Source of the DNA: Eledone cirrhosa
Lineage: Eukaryota
Direction of reading: 5' to 3'
Assembly: GCA_964016885.1 (NCBI GenBank)
Contig: OZ024749.1
Coordinates: 2,604,001 to 2,668,000 of the forward strand
DNA length: 64,000 bases
In this document: in pieces, positions 63,622-64,000 of the stretch
How the letters are laid out: every line of letters starts with the position of its first letter
Numbering within the stretch: the stretch's first letter is position 1
Notes under the pieces: model-generated
Databases searched by the model: none
What the model was told of the DNA's origin: nothing
What the model saw: only the letters and a program-made list of their open reading frames with translations
Program-made: the position numbers and the translations under genes

Positions 63622-63795
63622 TAGTGTTTGGTACCCTTGAAATATATATAATAGAATAAATATGGTTTTATAAATATAGGTTCCATTTATTTAATATCAT
63701 TGAATATTATACTCCAGAAATCTGTCGAGTGCTTTGAATCAGTTATAAATATTTATATTTGTTGAATAACCAACAAAATGAATATCCATTTTGCT

Positions 63796-63797
<2 letters not shown>
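63622..63797 (+). mobile_element. 5'-truncated colinear copy of the 2543-2815 family
   Basis: TTGGTACCCTTGAAATATATATAATAGAATAAAT..., then tail TACTCCAGAAATCTGTCGAGTGC..TTGCTTA(TA)n. Confidence 0.75.
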
Positions 63798-63833
<36 letters not shown>

Positions 63834-64000
63834 TATATCCAAGGTATATATTAAGTTAGAAACTCGTCGAGCTAATTCAAATGTCGGGTAGACCCGGCTG
63901 CTATTTTTAGTGGCGTGAGTTTGCGAGACACGCTAACTTCTGATACCATGTGCGTTGTATACAAACACACTATCCAGTTTTTTAAGATACTTAGAAGTGA

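Overview
AT-rich eukaryotic non-coding DNA that is very rich in microsatellites. The SINE families and (TA)n/(CA)n load suggest an octopod cephalopod, which is an inference. No intact protein-coding gene is supported: almost every ORF in the track is a translation of simple repeats, and the only recognisable coding remnant is an RTE-type reverse-transcriptase C-terminal fragment (10455-10740). The main signal is about 20 type I hammerhead-ribozyme (HHR) motifs on both strands, in three settings. (i) A near-perfect 310-bp x6.3 tandem array at 55576-57518 has one complete, extended HHR per monomer, consistent with a non-LTR retrozyme or ribozyme-bearing satellite predicted to give ~310-nt (circular) RNAs. 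(ii) A second, unrelated 416-bp 1.5-mer carries an HHR at its junction (35987-36612). (iii) Many short Penelope-like insertions sit in (TA)n tracts, with minimal HHRs, 5' inverted duplications and a shared ACTC..GAGT tail motif. The rest is tRNA-derived SINEs (some with clean 14-18 bp TSDs), DNA-transposon MITE remnants and several minisatellites (39, 44, 49, 55 and ~83 bp units). All folds were read by eye and none was computed.
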